DNA of 64,000 nt, from positions 1,984,001 through 2,048,000 of the forward strand of contig OZ255726.1 in assembly GCA_965277405.1 (NCBI GenBank). The letters are read 5' to 3'. This document shows, piece by piece, positions 10,507 through 22,817 of this stretch (positions are counted from its first letter, which is position 1; each line of letters begins with the position of its first letter). Under the pieces are notes generated by a model that saw only the letters and a program-made list of their open reading frames with translations, did no database searches and was not told the DNA's origin. This DNA is from Gammaproteobacteria bacterium. Its GTDB lineage: Bacteria > Pseudomonadota > Gammaproteobacteria > G965277405. A program made the translations under genes and the position numbers.

Positions 10507-13500
10507 ATGACTCTTTCGTTAACTGAAAAAAAACGAGTCCGTAAACATTTTGGTAAATTATCCCACTCAATGGATCTGCCATTCCTGCTTGACATTCAAG
10601 TAGACTCTTACAAAGATTTTCTGAATATTAACGACACACAACAACAAGCAGAGCAACGCGGGTTGCACCGTGCCTTTCAAAACTTATTCCCGATAGTGAG
10701 TGTTTCTGGCAATGCACAAATAGAATATTTATATTACAAGCTCGGCAAGCCGCATTTTGACTATAAAGAAGCGAAACTGCGTGGAGTAACGTATGCCACG
10801 CCGCTGCGTATCGAGTTGCAATTAAAAATATTCGACAAAGAAACTGATTATAAAAAAATAAAAGAAGTCAAACAGCAAGACGTATACATGGGTGATATAC
10901 CACTGATGACCCCAACTGGTACATTTGTTATCAACGGTACCGAGCGCGTGGTTGTTTCTCAATTACACCGTTCGCCTGGGGTGTTTTTTGACCATGACAG
11001 CGGGAAGACCCATTCATCAGGAAAATTACTGTATATGGGGCGAGTAATACCTGCTCGTGGTTCATGGCTTGACTTTGAATATGACCACAAGGATTTGTTG
11101 TATTTTCGTATTGATAAAAAACGTAAACTGCCAGCAACGATTGTGTTGCGCGCGCTTGGCTATTCAACTGCCGAAATGATTGATATGTTTTATCAGAAAG
11201 TGCCAGTTAAAATGATTGAAAGTAATTGGTATGAAATCAAGCTTGACCCGCTATGGCTGCGTGGTGAAACAGCAGTTATTGACATCAAAGACCCAAACAA
11301 GAAAAGCACAGTTATTGTTGCTAAAGGTCGCAGGATTACAGCTGCACATATTCGCAGAATGCAAAACAGTAAAGTGGATACGTTTACTGTTCCATCAGAA
11401 TATTTACTTGGAAGAAGCCTTGCCAATACCTTGGTTGATACCTCGACAGGTGAGGAGATTGTCAACACAAATACCGAAATCACCATAGAGTTGCTGGAGA
11501 TGTTCGCAGCACGAGAGGTTAATTCTTTTAACATTATCAATGTCAATGAATTGGATCATGGTGCCTATATTTCCAATACGTTGCGCCAAGACCCAACCTA
11601 TGACCGCTTGACTGCATTGGTTGAGATTTATCACATGATGCGACCAGGCGAGCCACCGAATAGAGCCTCGGCTGAAACGTTATTTGAAAACCTGTTTTTT
11701 AATCGCGAGCGCTATAGTCTTTCTGAAGTTGGTAGAATTAAACTCAATCGCCGCGTTGGTCAAACAGCAGATGAAACCCTAACCACTTTGACAAAACAAG
11801 ACATTGTCCAAGTATTAAAGACATTGATAGCCATCCGTGATGGTCGTGATACCGTTGATGATATCGATCACTTGGGTAATCGGCGGATTCGCAGTGTTGG
11901 TGAGATGATTGAAAACCAGCTGCGGGTAGGGCTGGTGCGGGTTGAACGCGCTGTCAAAGAGCGGTTGAGTCTGGTTGAAACTGAAAACTTGATGCCACAG
12001 GATCTAATCAACGCCAAACCTGTTTCATCTGCAATTAAGGAGTATTTTGGCTCCAGCCAGCTATCACAGTTTATGGATCAAAATAATCCGCTGTCTGAAA
12101 TAACCCATAAGCGCCGTGTTTCAGCACTCGGTCCTGGTGGGTTAACCCGAGATCGCGCTGGTTTTGAAGTTCGTGACGTCCATGCCACCCATTATGGGCG
12201 TTTATGCCCGATTGAAACCCCTGAAGGTCCGAACATTGGTTTGATTAACTCCTTGTCAACGTTTGCTAAAACCAACAAATATGGTTTTATAGAAACCCCG
12301 TACCGCAGCGTTACTGACCGCGTGGTTAGCGCAGATAGCGTTTACTATTCTGCTACAGACGAAAAGAATTTTGTTGTCTGTCCTGCCGATACTGAGCTTG
12401 ATAACAATCAACGAATTATCAAAGATATCGTCCCTGCGCGTGTCAATGGCGATACCACAACTGTCCCTGCTGAACAAGTGACACATTTTGAAGTAAGTGC
12501 CACCCAGATGGTGTCGGTTGCCGCAGCTTTGATTCCGTTCTTAGAACATGATGATGCCAACCGTGCCTTGATGGGATCAAATATGCAGCGTCAAGCTGTG
12601 CCAACGTTAATAGCCGACAAACCGCTGGTAGGCACAGGTCTTGAACGCACTATCGCTCGTGATTCTGGGGTGTGTGTTGTCGCTAAACGTGACGGTGTTG
12701 TCGATTTTGTTGACGCTGAACGGATTGTTGTTCGCGCTAAAAAACACAAAAAAGATATTGAGGAAACCAGTCCAGTTGATATTTATCGGCTGGCGCAATA
12801 CCAGCGCACTAACCAAAACACTTGTTTTGTCCATCGCCCATTAGTGAGTGTTGGTGAAAAAATTAAATCTGGCGACATTATTGCCGACGGTCCGGCGATC
12901 GATATGGGAGAATTGGCCCTTGGGCAAAACCTCCGCGTTGCGTTTATGCCATGGAATGGCTATAACTTTGAGGATTCAATCCTTATTTCTGAAAACGTTG
13001 TTCGTGAAGATCGACTCACGAGTATCCACATCCAAGAATACAGCTGTATCGCCAGAAACACCAAATTAGGTGACGATGAAATCACTGCAGATATCCCCAA
13101 CGTCAGCGATACTGCGCTTGCAAGTTTAGATGATGCGGGGATTGTATATATTGGTGCTGAAGTAATAGGCGGTGATATTTTGGTTGGAAAAAATACTCCA
13201 AAAGGCGATTCCCAACAAACACCAGAAGAAAAACTGCTGCGGGCAATTTTTGGTGAAAAAGCAGCAGATGTCCGCGATACTTCTTTGCGCGTGCCTTCGG
13301 GAACAAAAGGCACTGTAATAGATGTGCAAATTTTTACTCGTGAAGGTGTCGAAAAAGACAGCCGTGCCTTAGCAATTGAAGATACTAAAATTGAAAAAGC
13401 CAAGCAAGACAGTGATGATGAATGGCGTATTGTAGAAAGTGCTACATATGCGCGGGTGCGTGAGCAAATCCTCAACCAACCTATTATTGAAGCGCTCGGT

Positions 13501-14601
13501 TTGAAAAAAGGCGACATGTTGCACGCTGACTATCTTGATGATCATGACCCACGCGACTGGCTCAAATACACTCTTGAAGATCCAGAACTGAATGACATGC
13601 TCGATAGCACATTTAAACAACTAAAAGCCATTCGCAAAACCCTTGACCAACAACTTACTGATCGTAAGAAAAAAATCACCCAAGGTGATGATCTAGCTCC
13701 AGGTATTATTAAAATCGTCAAAGTCTTGCTCGCGGTAAAACGCCGCATTCAACCAGGCGATAAGATGGCAGGGCGGCATGGCAACAAAGGGGTTATTTCG
13801 GCAATTATGCCAATCGAAGACATGCCTTACGATAGCGACGGCAACCCTGTAGACATCGTCCTCAATCCTCTCGGCGTGCCATCACGGATGAATGTTGGGC
13901 AGATACTTGAGACACATTTAGGCATGGCTGCACACGGTGTCGGCAAAAAAATTGAGGCGATGTTGCGCAAGCAAGAAAAGGCTGACAAACTGCGGACGTA
14001 TTTGCATAAAGTTTATAATACGCTCGGTGCTGCTGCAATATCTGTGCCAATTGAAGAGATGAATAATAGTGAAATCCTTGAATTAGCCGCAAACCTTACC
14101 AAAGGAATGCCAGTTGCCACACCAGTATTTGATGGCGCTGATGAAAGCGAAGTAAAAGCGATGTTGAAACTTGCAGGCTACCCCGAAGACGGGCAGTTTG
14201 AGTTATACGATGGTCGTACTGGGGATAAATTTGACCGTAAAGTCACGGTTGGTTATATGTATATTTTGAAACTCAACCACATGGTTGACGATAAAATGCA
14301 CGCGCGTTCAACTGGCTCATATAGTTTGGTAACCCAGCAACCACTCGGTGGCAAAGCATTGTTCGGTGGACAACGTTTTGGTGAGATGGAGGTCTGGGCT
14401 TTAGAATCCTACGGTGCAGCGCATACCTTGCAAGAGATTCTTACGGTTAAATCAGATGATGTTGATGGACGGCGGCAAATGTACAAAGGGATTGTTGACA
14501 ATGAATTAGCAATGAATGCAGGAACGCCAGAATCGTTCAATGTGTTATTGCGCGAAATTCGGTCGCTCGGCTTAAATATTGATATGGATAACAAGGAGTA
14601 A
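10507..14601 (+). CDS. rpoB: RNA polymerase beta subunit
   Basis: [44 protein letters not shown]; ATG at 10507 after GAGG. Confidence 0.99.
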   Translation: MTLSLTEKKRVRKHFGKLSHSMDLPFLLDIQVDSYKDFLNINDTQQQAEQRGLHRAFQNLFPIVSVSGNAQIEYLYYKLGKPHFDYKEAKLRGVTYATPLRIELQLKIFDKETDYKKIKEVKQQDVYMGDIPLMTPTGTFVINGTERVVVSQLHRSPGVFFDHDSGKTHSSGKLLYMGRVIPARGSWLDFEYDHKDLLYFRIDKKRKLPATIVLRALGYSTAEMIDMFYQKVPVKMIESNWYEIKLDPLWLRGETAVIDIKDPNKKSTVIVAKGRRITAAHIRRMQNSKVDTFTVPSEYLLGRSLANTLVDTSTGEEIVNTNTEITIELLEMFAAREVNSFNIINVNELDHGAYISNTLRQDPTYDRLTALVEIYHMMRPGEPPNRASAETLFENLFFNRERYSLSEVGRIKLNRRVGQTADETLTTLTKQDIVQVLKTLIAIRDGRDTVDDIDHLGNRRIRSVGEMIENQLRVGLVRVERAVKERLSLVETENLMPQDLINAKPVSSAIKEYFGSSQLSQFMDQNNPLSEITHKRRVSALGPGGLTRDRAGFEVRDVHATHYGRLCPIETPEGPNIGLINSLSTFAKTNKYGFIETPYRSVTDRVVSADSVYYSATDEKNFVVCPADTELDNNQRIIKDIVPARVNGDTTTVPAEQVTHFEVSATQMVSVAAALIPFLEHDDANRALMGSNMQRQAVPTLIADKPLVGTGLERTIARDSGVCVVAKRDGVVDFVDAERIVVRAKKHKKDIEETSPVDIYRLAQYQRTNQNTCFVHRPLVSVGEKIKSGDIIADGPAIDMGELALGQNLRVAFMPWNGYNFEDSILISENVVREDRLTSIHIQEYSCIARNTKLGDDEITADIPNVSDTALASLDDAGIVYIGAEVIGGDILVGKNTPKGDSQQTPEEKLLRAIFGEKAADVRDTSLRVPSGTKGTVIDVQIFTREGVEKDSRALAIEDTKIEKAKQDSDDEWRIVESATYARVREQILNQPIIEALGLKKGDMLHADYLDDHDPRDWLKYTLEDPELNDMLDSTFKQLKAIRKTLDQQLTDRKKKITQGDDLAPGIIKIVKVLLAVKRRIQPGDKMAGRHGNKGVISAIMPIEDMPYDSDGNPVDIVLNPLGVPSRMNVGQILETHLGMAAHGVGKKIEAMLRKQEKADKLRTYLHKVYNTLGAAAISVPIEEMNNSEILELAANLTKGMPVATPVFDGADESEVKAMLKLAGYPEDGQFELYDGRTGDKFDRKVTVGYMYILKLNHMVDDKMHARSTGSYSLVTQQPLGGKALFGGQRFGEMEVWALESYGAAHTLQEILTVKSDDVDGRRQMYKGIVDNELAMNAGTPESFNVLLREIRSLGLNIDMDNKE

Positions 14602-14609
14602 TACTACGT

Positions 14610-17600
14610 ATGGAATCATCAGCATTGCCTTCATTTCGTCGACCTGCAAAAACAAACATTGATTTTAACTCTATCCGTATTGGCTTGACTTCACCAGAAG
14701 TGATGCGGTCATGGTCGTATGGTGAGGTGACTAAACCAGAAACGATTAACTACAGAACGTTTAAGCCAGAACGCGAAGGACTTTTCTGTGCGCGTATTTT
14801 TGGTCCCATCAAAGATTTTGAGTGCCTATGTGGCAAGTTTAAGCGTCGCAAGCACCGCGGGGTGATTTGTGATAAATGTGGCGTTGAGGTAACAGAGCAA
14901 AGAGTGCGGCGAGAACGGATGGGACATATTGAATTAGCGACCCCTGTTTCGCATATTTGGTTTGTAAAATCACTGCCGTCACGCATTGGCTTGATCCTTG
15001 ATATTCCGTTAAAAAACCTTGAAAGAGTTTTATATTTTGAATCATATATTGTTACAGATCCTCAAGACTCAACGCTTGAGTACTTGCAACTCCTAACTGA
15101 TGAAGAATATTATCAAGCGCTCGAACAGTATCCAGACAGCTTTAACGCCAGCATTGGTGCAGAGGCTATTTTCGACTTGTTGAAGAATCTTGATCTAGCA
15201 GCAGAAATAGCAAAGATTCGCGAGGAAATGCCATTAACGCGTTCAGAAATAAAAACCAAAAAATATGTTAAACGCTTAAAAGTACTCGAAGCGATGCTCG
15301 AATCACAGACCAAACCTGAGTGGATGATTTTGCGGGTCATTCCTGTATTACCACCAGATTTACGCCCGTTAGTCCCGCTTGATGGCGGTCGTTTTGCCGC
15401 TTCTGACTTAAACGATTTATACCGACGCGTTATCAACCGCAACAATCGTTTAAAAAAACTTCTTGAATTGAATGCGCCCGAAGTGATTGTCCGCAACGAA
15501 AAACGCATGTTACAAGAATCCGTTGATGCGCTGCTTGACAACGGTCGGCGCGGGCGCACCATCACCGGCAGCAATAAACGACCGCTAAAGTCCCTTGCCG
15601 ACATGATTAAAGGTAAACAAGGTCGTTTCCGCCAAAACTTACTCGGCAAGCGAGTTGATTATTCTGGACGCTCAGTCATTGTTGTTGGACCAGAGCTTAA
15701 ACTACAGCAATGCGGCCTACCAAAAAAAATGGCGCTTGAGTTGTTTAAGCCTTTTATATTCAGCAAACTGCAATATCAAGGTTTGGCGACAACTATTAAA
15801 GCTGCCAAAAAAATGGTTGATCAAGAACTTCCTGTTGTCTGGGACATCCTGGCAGAAGTTATCCGCGAACACCCGGTGCTTTTGAATCGTGCGCCGACGC
15901 TGCACAGGCTTGGTGTGCAAGCATTTGAGCCAGAGTTGATTGAAGGAAAAGCCATCCAACTCCATCCATTAGTCTGTGCTGCATTTAATGCTGATTTTGA
16001 TGGTGACCAAATGGCGGTGCACTTGCCGTTAACCCTTGAAGCGCAGATGGAAGCGCGGGTATTGATGATGTCTACAAACAATATTTTGTCTCCTGCCAAT
16101 GGTGAACCTATTATTGTTCCATCACAAGATGTTGTACTTGGTTTGTATTACATGACGCGGGAAAAAATTAATGCGCTGGGTGAAGGTAAGGCTTTTGCCA
16201 ATATTGCTGAAGTATCACGAGCATATGATACGAAGAATGTAGAAATCCAAGCTAAAATTAAGCTGCGAGTTGTCGACCAACAAGGTCAGATAACCATAGA
16301 AGATACGACTGTAGGTCGCGCATTGCTCTCTGATATCATCCCATCAGAGCTGCCGTTCAGTGCAGCGAATACGGTGATGAATAAAAAAGCAATTTCACAA
16401 TTGGTCGATAAATCCTATCGCCAGGCAGGCTTGAAAAAAACAGTGATTTTTGCCGATCAGTTGATGTATACTGGTTTCCGCCACGCCATGTTATCTGGCA
16501 CATCGATTGGGATTAACGACTTCGAAATACCAATCGAAAAAAACGCATTGCTCAAATCAGCATTTAAAGAAATAAAAAACATTGAAGAACAATACGCCAG
16601 TGGTTTATTAACGCGCGGAGAAAAATATAACCGTGCTATCGATATTTGGTCAAGAACAAACGACCAAGTTGCTAAGGCGATGATGCGGCGGTTAGGAACA
16701 GAAACAGTTGTCGATAGCAGCGGTAATAAAGTTGAACAAGAATCGTTTAATTCTGTGTATATCATGGCTGATTCTGGGGCGCGTGGTTCTTCTGCACAAA
16801 TCCGCCAACTGGCGGGGATGCGTGGGTTAATGGCAAAACCAGATGGCTCGATTATCGAAACGCCAATTACTGCGAATTTCCGTGAAGGTTTATCAGTGTT
16901 GCAATATTTTACATCAACCCACGGAGCACGCAAAGGCCTAGCTGATACTGCATTAAAAACAGCAAACGCTGGGTATTTGACACGACGACTGGTAGACGTT
17001 GCCCAAGATTTAGTCATTATTGAAAATGATTGTGGCACCAACAAACATTTGATCATGACGCCACTCATCGAAGGCAGTGACATCGTAGTTCCGCTGGCAA
17101 AACGCATTCTCGGGCGGGTTGTTGCTGTTGATATTGTGCAAAACGCAACAGTTGTTTACCCAGCAGGCACGTTGCTATCTGAACACCACGTTGAGCATAT
17201 CGAACGTCTTGGCATTGATGAGGTGGCTGTACGCTCTGCAATTACTTGTGAAACACAATATGGTTGTTGCGCGTTGTGTTACGGACGTGACCTTGCACGC
17301 GGACATATCGTCAACCGTGGCGAAGCTGTGGGCATTATGGCGGCACAGTCTATCGGTGAACCAGGTACACAGCTGACTATGCGCACATTTCACATTGGTG
17401 GTGCTGCTTCTGGATCTGCTTTGAATGACAACATCCAAATCAAGAGCAAAGGCGTTATCAAGTTTATCAATTTTAAAACAATTGAACGCGTCAACGGCAA
17501 GCATGTAGTCGTTTCACGTTCGGGTTCGATTATCGTCCACGACGCAGTTGGGCGCGAGCGCGAAGTATACCGTATTCCGTATGGTGCCGAACTCCACGTA

Positions 17601-18803
17601 ACTGATGGAAAAGCAGTTGCTCCTGGAGATATTGTTGCAAATTGGGATCCACATTCAAACCCAATTATTGCTGAAGTCACAGGCATTGCTAGTTTTTTTG
17701 GCATGGATGATAACATTACCGTACGCCAGCAAATGGATGAGGCGACGGGGTTGACAAGCATCGAAGTTTTAGCAGCCAAAGAACGCCCAAGCGCTGGAAA
17801 AGACGTGCGACCAGCCATTAAACTCATCAATGATGATGGCAGTGAAGTCGTACACGAAGATTCAGATGTACCAGTTGTGTATTTTGTTCCAGAAAAAACA
17901 ATTGTTTCTGCGGAGAATAACGCGCTGATTAACGCAGGAGATGTTATTGCGCGGCTGTCAATTGAAGGTTCTAAAACAAAAGATATTACTGGTGGTCTAC
18001 CGCGTGTTGCTGATTTATTTGAAGCGCGGATACCAAAAGACTATGCGGTAATAGCTGATATCTCAGGCACATTGAGCTATGGAAAAATTACTCGAGACAA
18101 ACAACGACTAACGGTGACACCTGCTGATGAAAGTAGCTCATGGGAAGTGCTGGTACACCAATGGCGGCAAATCAATATTTTTGATGGTGAGCGTGTTGAG
18201 AAAGGCGATATTATTGCCGATGGACCTCTCAACCCACATGATATCCTGCGTGTTAAGGGCGTGCCTGCATTAGCAGATTATCTTATTAATGAAGTGCAAG
18301 ATGTATATCGTTTACAAGGTGTAACGATTAACGATAAGCATATTGAGGTGATAATTAGCCAGATGTTGCGCAAAGCGCGGGTGATATCATCTGGTGATTC
18401 TAAATACGTGAAAGGCGACCAAATCGAAATGTATGATGTCATAAATGCCAATAAGTTGATTGCGGCAGATGGCGGCGAGCTGATGGAATACGAGCATATA
18501 TTGCTTGGGATTACGCGCGGCGCCTTGGCGACTGAATCGTTTATTTCTGCGGCATCGTTCCAAGAAACCACAAAAGTATTGACAGAATCTGCAATCACGC
18601 ATAAATACGATGTATTGCGTGGACTGAAAGAAAATGTCGTGATTGGGCGACTCATTCCTGCTGGGACTGGGCTTGCATACCATGACAAACGCAAGGCTCA
18701 ACGGGCTAAACAAGCGGAAGAAGTTGCAAAAGTGTTGAGCGAAAGTGATGTAGCAGCACAATTAGAACAAGAACTTTCTGACTTGGAACCTACCAGTATA
18801 TAG
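14610..18803 (+). CDS. rpoC: RNA polymerase beta' subunit
   Basis: [12 protein letters not shown] catalytic motif, Zn-finger cysteines, [17 protein letters not shown]. Confidence 0.99.
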   Translation: MESSALPSFRRPAKTNIDFNSIRIGLTSPEVMRSWSYGEVTKPETINYRTFKPEREGLFCARIFGPIKDFECLCGKFKRRKHRGVICDKCGVEVTEQRVRRERMGHIELATPVSHIWFVKSLPSRIGLILDIPLKNLERVLYFESYIVTDPQDSTLEYLQLLTDEEYYQALEQYPDSFNASIGAEAIFDLLKNLDLAAEIAKIREEMPLTRSEIKTKKYVKRLKVLEAMLESQTKPEWMILRVIPVLPPDLRPLVPLDGGRFAASDLNDLYRRVINRNNRLKKLLELNAPEVIVRNEKRMLQESVDALLDNGRRGRTITGSNKRPLKSLADMIKGKQGRFRQNLLGKRVDYSGRSVIVVGPELKLQQCGLPKKMALELFKPFIFSKLQYQGLATTIKAAKKMVDQELPVVWDILAEVIREHPVLLNRAPTLHRLGVQAFEPELIEGKAIQLHPLVCAAFNADFDGDQMAVHLPLTLEAQMEARVLMMSTNNILSPANGEPIIVPSQDVVLGLYYMTREKINALGEGKAFANIAEVSRAYDTKNVEIQAKIKLRVVDQQGQITIEDTTVGRALLSDIIPSELPFSAANTVMNKKAISQLVDKSYRQAGLKKTVIFADQLMYTGFRHAMLSGTSIGINDFEIPIEKNALLKSAFKEIKNIEEQYASGLLTRGEKYNRAIDIWSRTNDQVAKAMMRRLGTETVVDSSGNKVEQESFNSVYIMADSGARGSSAQIRQLAGMRGLMAKPDGSIIETPITANFREGLSVLQYFTSTHGARKGLADTALKTANAGYLTRRLVDVAQDLVIIENDCGTNKHLIMTPLIEGSDIVVPLAKRILGRVVAVDIVQNATVVYPAGTLLSEHHVEHIERLGIDEVAVRSAITCETQYGCCALCYGRDLARGHIVNRGEAVGIMAAQSIGEPGTQLTMRTFHIGGAASGSALNDNIQIKSKGVIKFINFKTIERVNGKHVVVSRSGSIIVHDAVGREREVYRIPYGAELHVTDGKAVAPGDIVANWDPHSNPIIAEVTGIASFFGMDDNITVRQQMDEATGLTSIEVLAAKERPSAGKDVRPAIKLINDDGSEVVHEDSDVPVVYFVPEKTIVSAENNALINAGDVIARLSIEGSKTKDITGGLPRVADLFEARIPKDYAVIADISGTLSYGKITRDKQRLTVTPADESSSWEVLVHQWRQINIFDGERVEKGDIIADGPLNPHDILRVKGVPALADYLINEVQDVYRLQGVTINDKHIEVIISQMLRKARVISSGDSKYVKGDQIEMYDVINANKLIAADGGELMEYEHILLGITRGALATESFISAASFQETTKVLTESAITHKYDVLRGLKENVVIGRLIPAGTGLAYHDKRKAQRAKQAEEVAKVLSESDVAAQLEQELSDLEPTSI

Positions 18804-18920
18804 CGTTCAGTAGCAATATTGCTGTATGTATTGCTATGCCAATGTGTCGATGTTGATATGATATCTGGTTATTCTTTGCAACCGCTTAATGGATAGCGCG
18901 CAACAGTTAACAATGCCCAA

Positions 18921-19355
18921 ATGCTAGCAATTAGAGCCAGTGGATTATTGCGATGCACTGAACAGTCAGTTTTTGCGACAATTCTCGACACCTATTCTTG
19001 GCCGCTTTGGTTTGTTGCTGTGAGAATCTTCTATCTAAAAACACAGCCATGGCCTGGGACTACGGGCAGCATTAAATTCGGCAGACTGCCTGCTTTTCGT
19101 GTCGCCGTTGAACAATTACAGGATGATTCCTCGCTGTGGTTATCGCTGCGCCGTTTTGGCATTGCCTTGCGGTTGATTATCTTGCTGAAGCCATCGGCTA
19201 CGCACCAGCAGACGCAAATATCTTTGCAAATAGAATACTTTGGGGTGCTTGGTTTTTTGTATTATTGCTTGACTGTGTTGCAGATGCGCAAAAATCTGCA
19301 ACATGCAGTCAACCAGCTAAAACTACTTTATCCACTGCAGGCAACTAACAACTGA
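18921..19355 (+). CDS. Hypothetical protein, possibly SRPBCC/START-like
   Basis: 144-aa ORF with VFATILDTYSWPLW pattern and C-terminal helix reminiscent of the SRPBCC fold. Confidence 0.4.
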   Translation: MLAIRASGLLRCTEQSVFATILDTYSWPLWFVAVRIFYLKTQPWPGTTGSIKFGRLPAFRVAVEQLQDDSSLWLSLRRFGIALRLIILLKPSATHQQTQISLQIEYFGVLGFLYYCLTVLQMRKNLQHAVNQLKLLYPLQATNN

Positions 19356-19676
19356 TGCAAGCACAAACACAACACCAGCCAACTACATTGTTGCAAACTT
19401 CATAAATCGTTATGCAGGATTCGCAACAAATAGCGGTGCATGCATCCGCACAATCAGGCAGCAACCACATATGACAGTCCATGCCAACCAGCCAATCCAA
19501 CCATGGTGCCAAGATGCCAACGCAGAGCTTGTGCATAACACGGATGCAACACATTCACTAGCATGGATAATAAAACAGCAATCATTACAAGTGTTGCTAG
19601 TGACAGAAAGCGGCTTACATCACAGCAGGAATCGTTATGGTAGCTATCGCAGCATTGTATTGGGGAGATTTTAGCC

Positions 19677-20714
19677 ATGAATAAAAAAACCATAACCTAT
19701 AAAGACGCAGGCGTAGATATCAACGCAGCTAATACGTTTATTGAACTCATCAAACCATTAAGTGCAGCAACAAGCCGAGAGGGCGTACAAGCTAATCTTG
19801 GCGGCTTCGGTGCTTTTTGTGAAATTCCCAAACGCTACAGCAACCCTGTGCTCGTCGCTTCAACAGATGGCGTTGGTACTAAATTGAGACTTGCCATTGA
19901 GTGGGATGATTATTCAACAATCGGCATAGACTTGGTGGCGATGTGCGTCAACGATATTATTACCAGCGGTGCTGAGCCACTGTTTTTTTTAGATTACTAC
20001 GCAAGTTCACATTTGGATATAGCCATTGGTGAGAAGATTATCGCAGGAATTGCCAATGGCTGTAAACAAGCAGGCTGCGCACTCATCGGCGGAGAAACTG
20101 CAGAGCTACCTGGATTGTATCAAAATAAAGATTTCGACTTAGCCGGGTTTGTTGTTGGTGTTGCTGAGAAAGCACGGATTGTCAATACCAATAAAATTGC
20201 AGCAAATGACTGTTTAATTGCAATAGCTTCTTCAGGCGCCCACTCAAATGGGTATTCATTGATACGTAAAATTCTTGAAGACTGCCCTACAATTAGCGCA
20301 CAACGCAAGGTCGATTTACTCACCCCAACAAAAACCTATGTTGACTCGATATTGAGCCTTATTCGTAAAATACCTATCCACGGTGTAGCCCATATAACAG
20401 GCGGCGGGTTGACAGAAAACATGCCGCGCATGCTCCAATCCGACCTAGTGATTGACATCGACCTTGACACTTGGAAATTGAATGACTTATTTTGCTGGAT
20501 TAAACGCAAAGCAAACATAGATAGCGCTGAAATGCTGCGAACATTTAATTGCGGAGTTGGCATGGTTGTATGTGTTTCCGCACAATATGTTGATATGGCT
20601 CTTGAGATTCTTAAAGAAAATAACGAGCAAGCATGGCAAATTGGGCGCATTATTCAACCGCAAGCAGGCGGGGCAGCTGCAAGAACGGTTAATTATGTGG
20701 GCAGATTGAAGTAA
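19677..20714 (+). CDS. purM: Phosphoribosylformylglycinamidine cyclo-ligase
   Basis: TYKDAGVDI, STDGVGTK, GGETAELPG, HITGGGL, RTFNCGVG. Confidence 0.97.
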   Translation: MNKKTITYKDAGVDINAANTFIELIKPLSAATSREGVQANLGGFGAFCEIPKRYSNPVLVASTDGVGTKLRLAIEWDDYSTIGIDLVAMCVNDIITSGAEPLFFLDYYASSHLDIAIGEKIIAGIANGCKQAGCALIGGETAELPGLYQNKDFDLAGFVVGVAEKARIVNTNKIAANDCLIAIASSGAHSNGYSLIRKILEDCPTISAQRKVDLLTPTKTYVDSILSLIRKIPIHGVAHITGGGLTENMPRMLQSDLVIDIDLDTWKLNDLFCWIKRKANIDSAEMLRTFNCGVGMVVCVSAQYVDMALEILKENNEQAWQIGRIIQPQAGGAAARTVNYVGRLK

Positions 20715-21010
20715 AAATACTCGTGCCAGTGGTATGTAAAAACTGCAGCGTGTCATGGTTTGGTTTAGCGGCAATCTGATTTGCTGTGGGCTATTGCCTT
20801 CCCTCCGTTTAATATACTTTTGGTTGGCGTTATTTGCGTTAGGAGCGCCGTAAATCAATGAGACTGTAAACTGTAATTAAATGAGACTTAAGGTTGATTT
20901 TGGGGGCTTTTTTGGGTGGTTTTTCTCTCGAATTTCAATATTATCTGCGCAGGACACAGCTTAAGATAGCTAAATTAGCCACCACAAGCTCGTTTTTAAG
21001 CATTGCGAAT

Positions 21011-21039
21011 TTGACTTTTAATCGACTTGCGAATACAAT
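21011..21039 (+). promoter_or_regulatory. Sigma70 promoter of the TA operon with overlapping operator-like near-palindrome
   Basis: TTGACT-17 bp-TACAAT; TACAATGTA near-palindrome overlaps the -10. Confidence 0.65.
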
Positions 21040-21083
21040 GTAGTCGAATGTAATTTCAACCTAACACCTATGGAATAACCCAT

Positions 21084-21338
21084 ATGTCGCAACCTATATC
21101 TATCCGGCTTGACGATCAGAATCGAGAGAATATTGATCTATTAGCAAAAATGACAAAGCGTTCTCGCTCTTTTGTTATCAACGAAGCCGTTGCAACCTAT
21201 CTGAAAGATCGTATCCAATATCTTGAAGAATTGAATACAGCTGTTGCAGATGCTCAAAGCGGCTACGGTAACTCTAGTGAACAAATACACGCATGGATGA
21301 AGTCTTGGGGAACTGAAAACGAACTGCAAACACCATGA
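21084..21338 (+). CDS. CopG/RHH-family antitoxin
   Basis: ISIRLD...LAKMTKRSRSFVINEAV ribbon-helix-helix; C-terminal WMKSWGTENEL typical of ParD-like antitoxins. Confidence 0.85.
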   Translation: MSQPISIRLDDQNRENIDLLAKMTKRSRSFVINEAVATYLKDRIQYLEELNTAVADAQSGYGNSSEQIHAWMKSWGTENELQTP

Positions 21339-21366
21339 TCTAGGTTGTACCCATACAATATAATTC

Positions 21367-21672
21367 ATGCAAATCGTCTATACACGACAAGCAAAACAAG
21401 ATCTTCAAGAAATTCGTAAGTATTATTGTGAACGCACAGCATCTGGATTACAAAATATTGTGACTGACATTGTGAAGACTGTTGCAGATATTCCAAACTC
21501 AATATTCAAGGGTCGCACTACACCACACGCTAATGTATATGAGAAAATTAGTCCTAAATATAAATACTTAATTCCCTACTACGTGTTGCAACGCAAGATA
21601 TATATTCTGCGAGTATATGATCCGAGGCGAAGTCAACTTGACTATACAAAAACAGTGACCTTAGGAGAATAA
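21367..21672 (+). CDS. RelE/ParE-family toxin
   Basis: IVYTRQAKQDLQEIRKY, YLIPYYV, IYILRVYDPRR. Confidence 0.85.
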   Translation: MQIVYTRQAKQDLQEIRKYYCERTASGLQNIVTDIVKTVADIPNSIFKGRTTPHANVYEKISPKYKYLIPYYVLQRKIYILRVYDPRRSQLDYTKTVTLGE

Positions 21673-21740
21673 AAAATTGAAGCTGGAACTATAAGAAGTT
21701 GGAACTATAAACAAATAAAATACTACAGTAAACAAAAAAA

Positions 21741-21814
21741 TGGAGGCTGAGGTCGGATTTGAACCGGCGTCCACGGATTTGCAGTCCGCTGCATAACCTC
21801 TCTGCCACTCAGCC
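21741..21814 (-). tRNA. tRNA-Cys (GCA)
   Basis: Reverse complement GGCTGAG...CTGCAAA...GGTTCAAATCC...CTCAGCCTCCA. Confidence 0.93.
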
Positions 21815-21898
21815 TATTGGGAGAGAATAAAATATAGCGAAGCTGCACTATATTAAAAGGAATTTATTCGTTAATCATAGCTTCCATACGCGCAGCGG

Positions 21899-22816
21899 CT
21901 AGTTGTTCAACCAGCCAAGTTTCGCTCTGCAAGCGGCATAAAAGTCGTACTCAGGCGGGCGCAAAGTTTTTACAGTTGCTGCGCTTTGGTAAATTGTAAA
22001 GCGTTCAGCAACCGTGATTGTCGAGTGCATGAAACCATCAAATGCAATCTGTGCTGCTGGTCCAGAAACGTGTGCAAGGGTTATTTTGCTATACAATGGC
22101 ACGATTACGGCTCTATTCGACAACATTTGCGCTGCAATAGGAATCATCTGCAGACCACTGCTGTTTGGGTGCATGATTGCACCGCCAGCTGAAAGCGCAT
22201 ATGCAGTTGAGCCTGTGGTTGTGGCCACAATAAATCCATCTGCATGCATCGAGCACATCCATTGTCCATCTATATACACTTCAAACTCAATCAATCGCGC
22301 TGGTTTGCTGGTATGCAAAGTTATGTCATTGAGTGCTAGGGCTGGGGTGTTGGTAGCAGGACAATCAGCGCATAACAGTGGTAGGCTATCGCTGCTAAAG
22401 CGACCGTTGAGCCAATCAATAACGTGTTGTTCAAAGTCGTTAATAACTAAGTCTGCTAAAAATCCTAATCTGCCAAAATTGACACCGACAATCGGCAAGT
22501 CCAAATAGTGGTGCAATTTACAGGCATGGACAAAATTACCGTCACCGCCGATTGAAAACACAATATCTGGTAGTTGCTGCGTGCAACTGGCGGTTTCTTG
22601 ACGATGTGGTTGCGTCTGGGCGCCGTCTATCGATGCTACAATTGCGGGATCTGCGTTGAGCTGGAAAACATCTAACGCTATGTTTGGATGTTGCGCTGCG
22701 GTGAATTGGTCTATAACGACAGTGATGTTTTGTTGTTGCAATGTGGCAATAGCGCGCGCTAGTACTTGTGCAATGCCTGGGCGTTGGGTGAGTGAGAATA
22801 TGCTTGCTCGCGGCAT
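21899..22816 (-). CDS. nadK: NAD kinase
   Basis: GGDGN, GVNFGRLGFL, ND, DGFIVATTTGSTAYALSAGG. Confidence 0.93.
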   Translation of the reverse strand: MPRASIFSLTQRPGIAQVLARAIATLQQQNITVVIDQFTAAQHPNIALDVFQLNADPAIVASIDGAQTQPHRQETASCTQQLPDIVFSIGGDGNFVHACKLHHYLDLPIVGVNFGRLGFLADLVINDFEQHVIDWLNGRFSSDSLPLLCADCPATNTPALALNDITLHTSKPARLIEFEVYIDGQWMCSMHADGFIVATTTGSTAYALSAGGAIMHPNSSGLQMIPIAAQMLSNRAVIVPLYSKITLAHVSGPAAQIAFDGFMHSTITVAERFTIYQSAATVKTLRPPEYDFYAACRAKLGWLNN

Positions 22817-22817
22817 C

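Noticed and set aside
19355-19674. Small ORFs upstream of purM
   Set aside because: No recognisable motifs; may be a decayed gene but cannot be supported.
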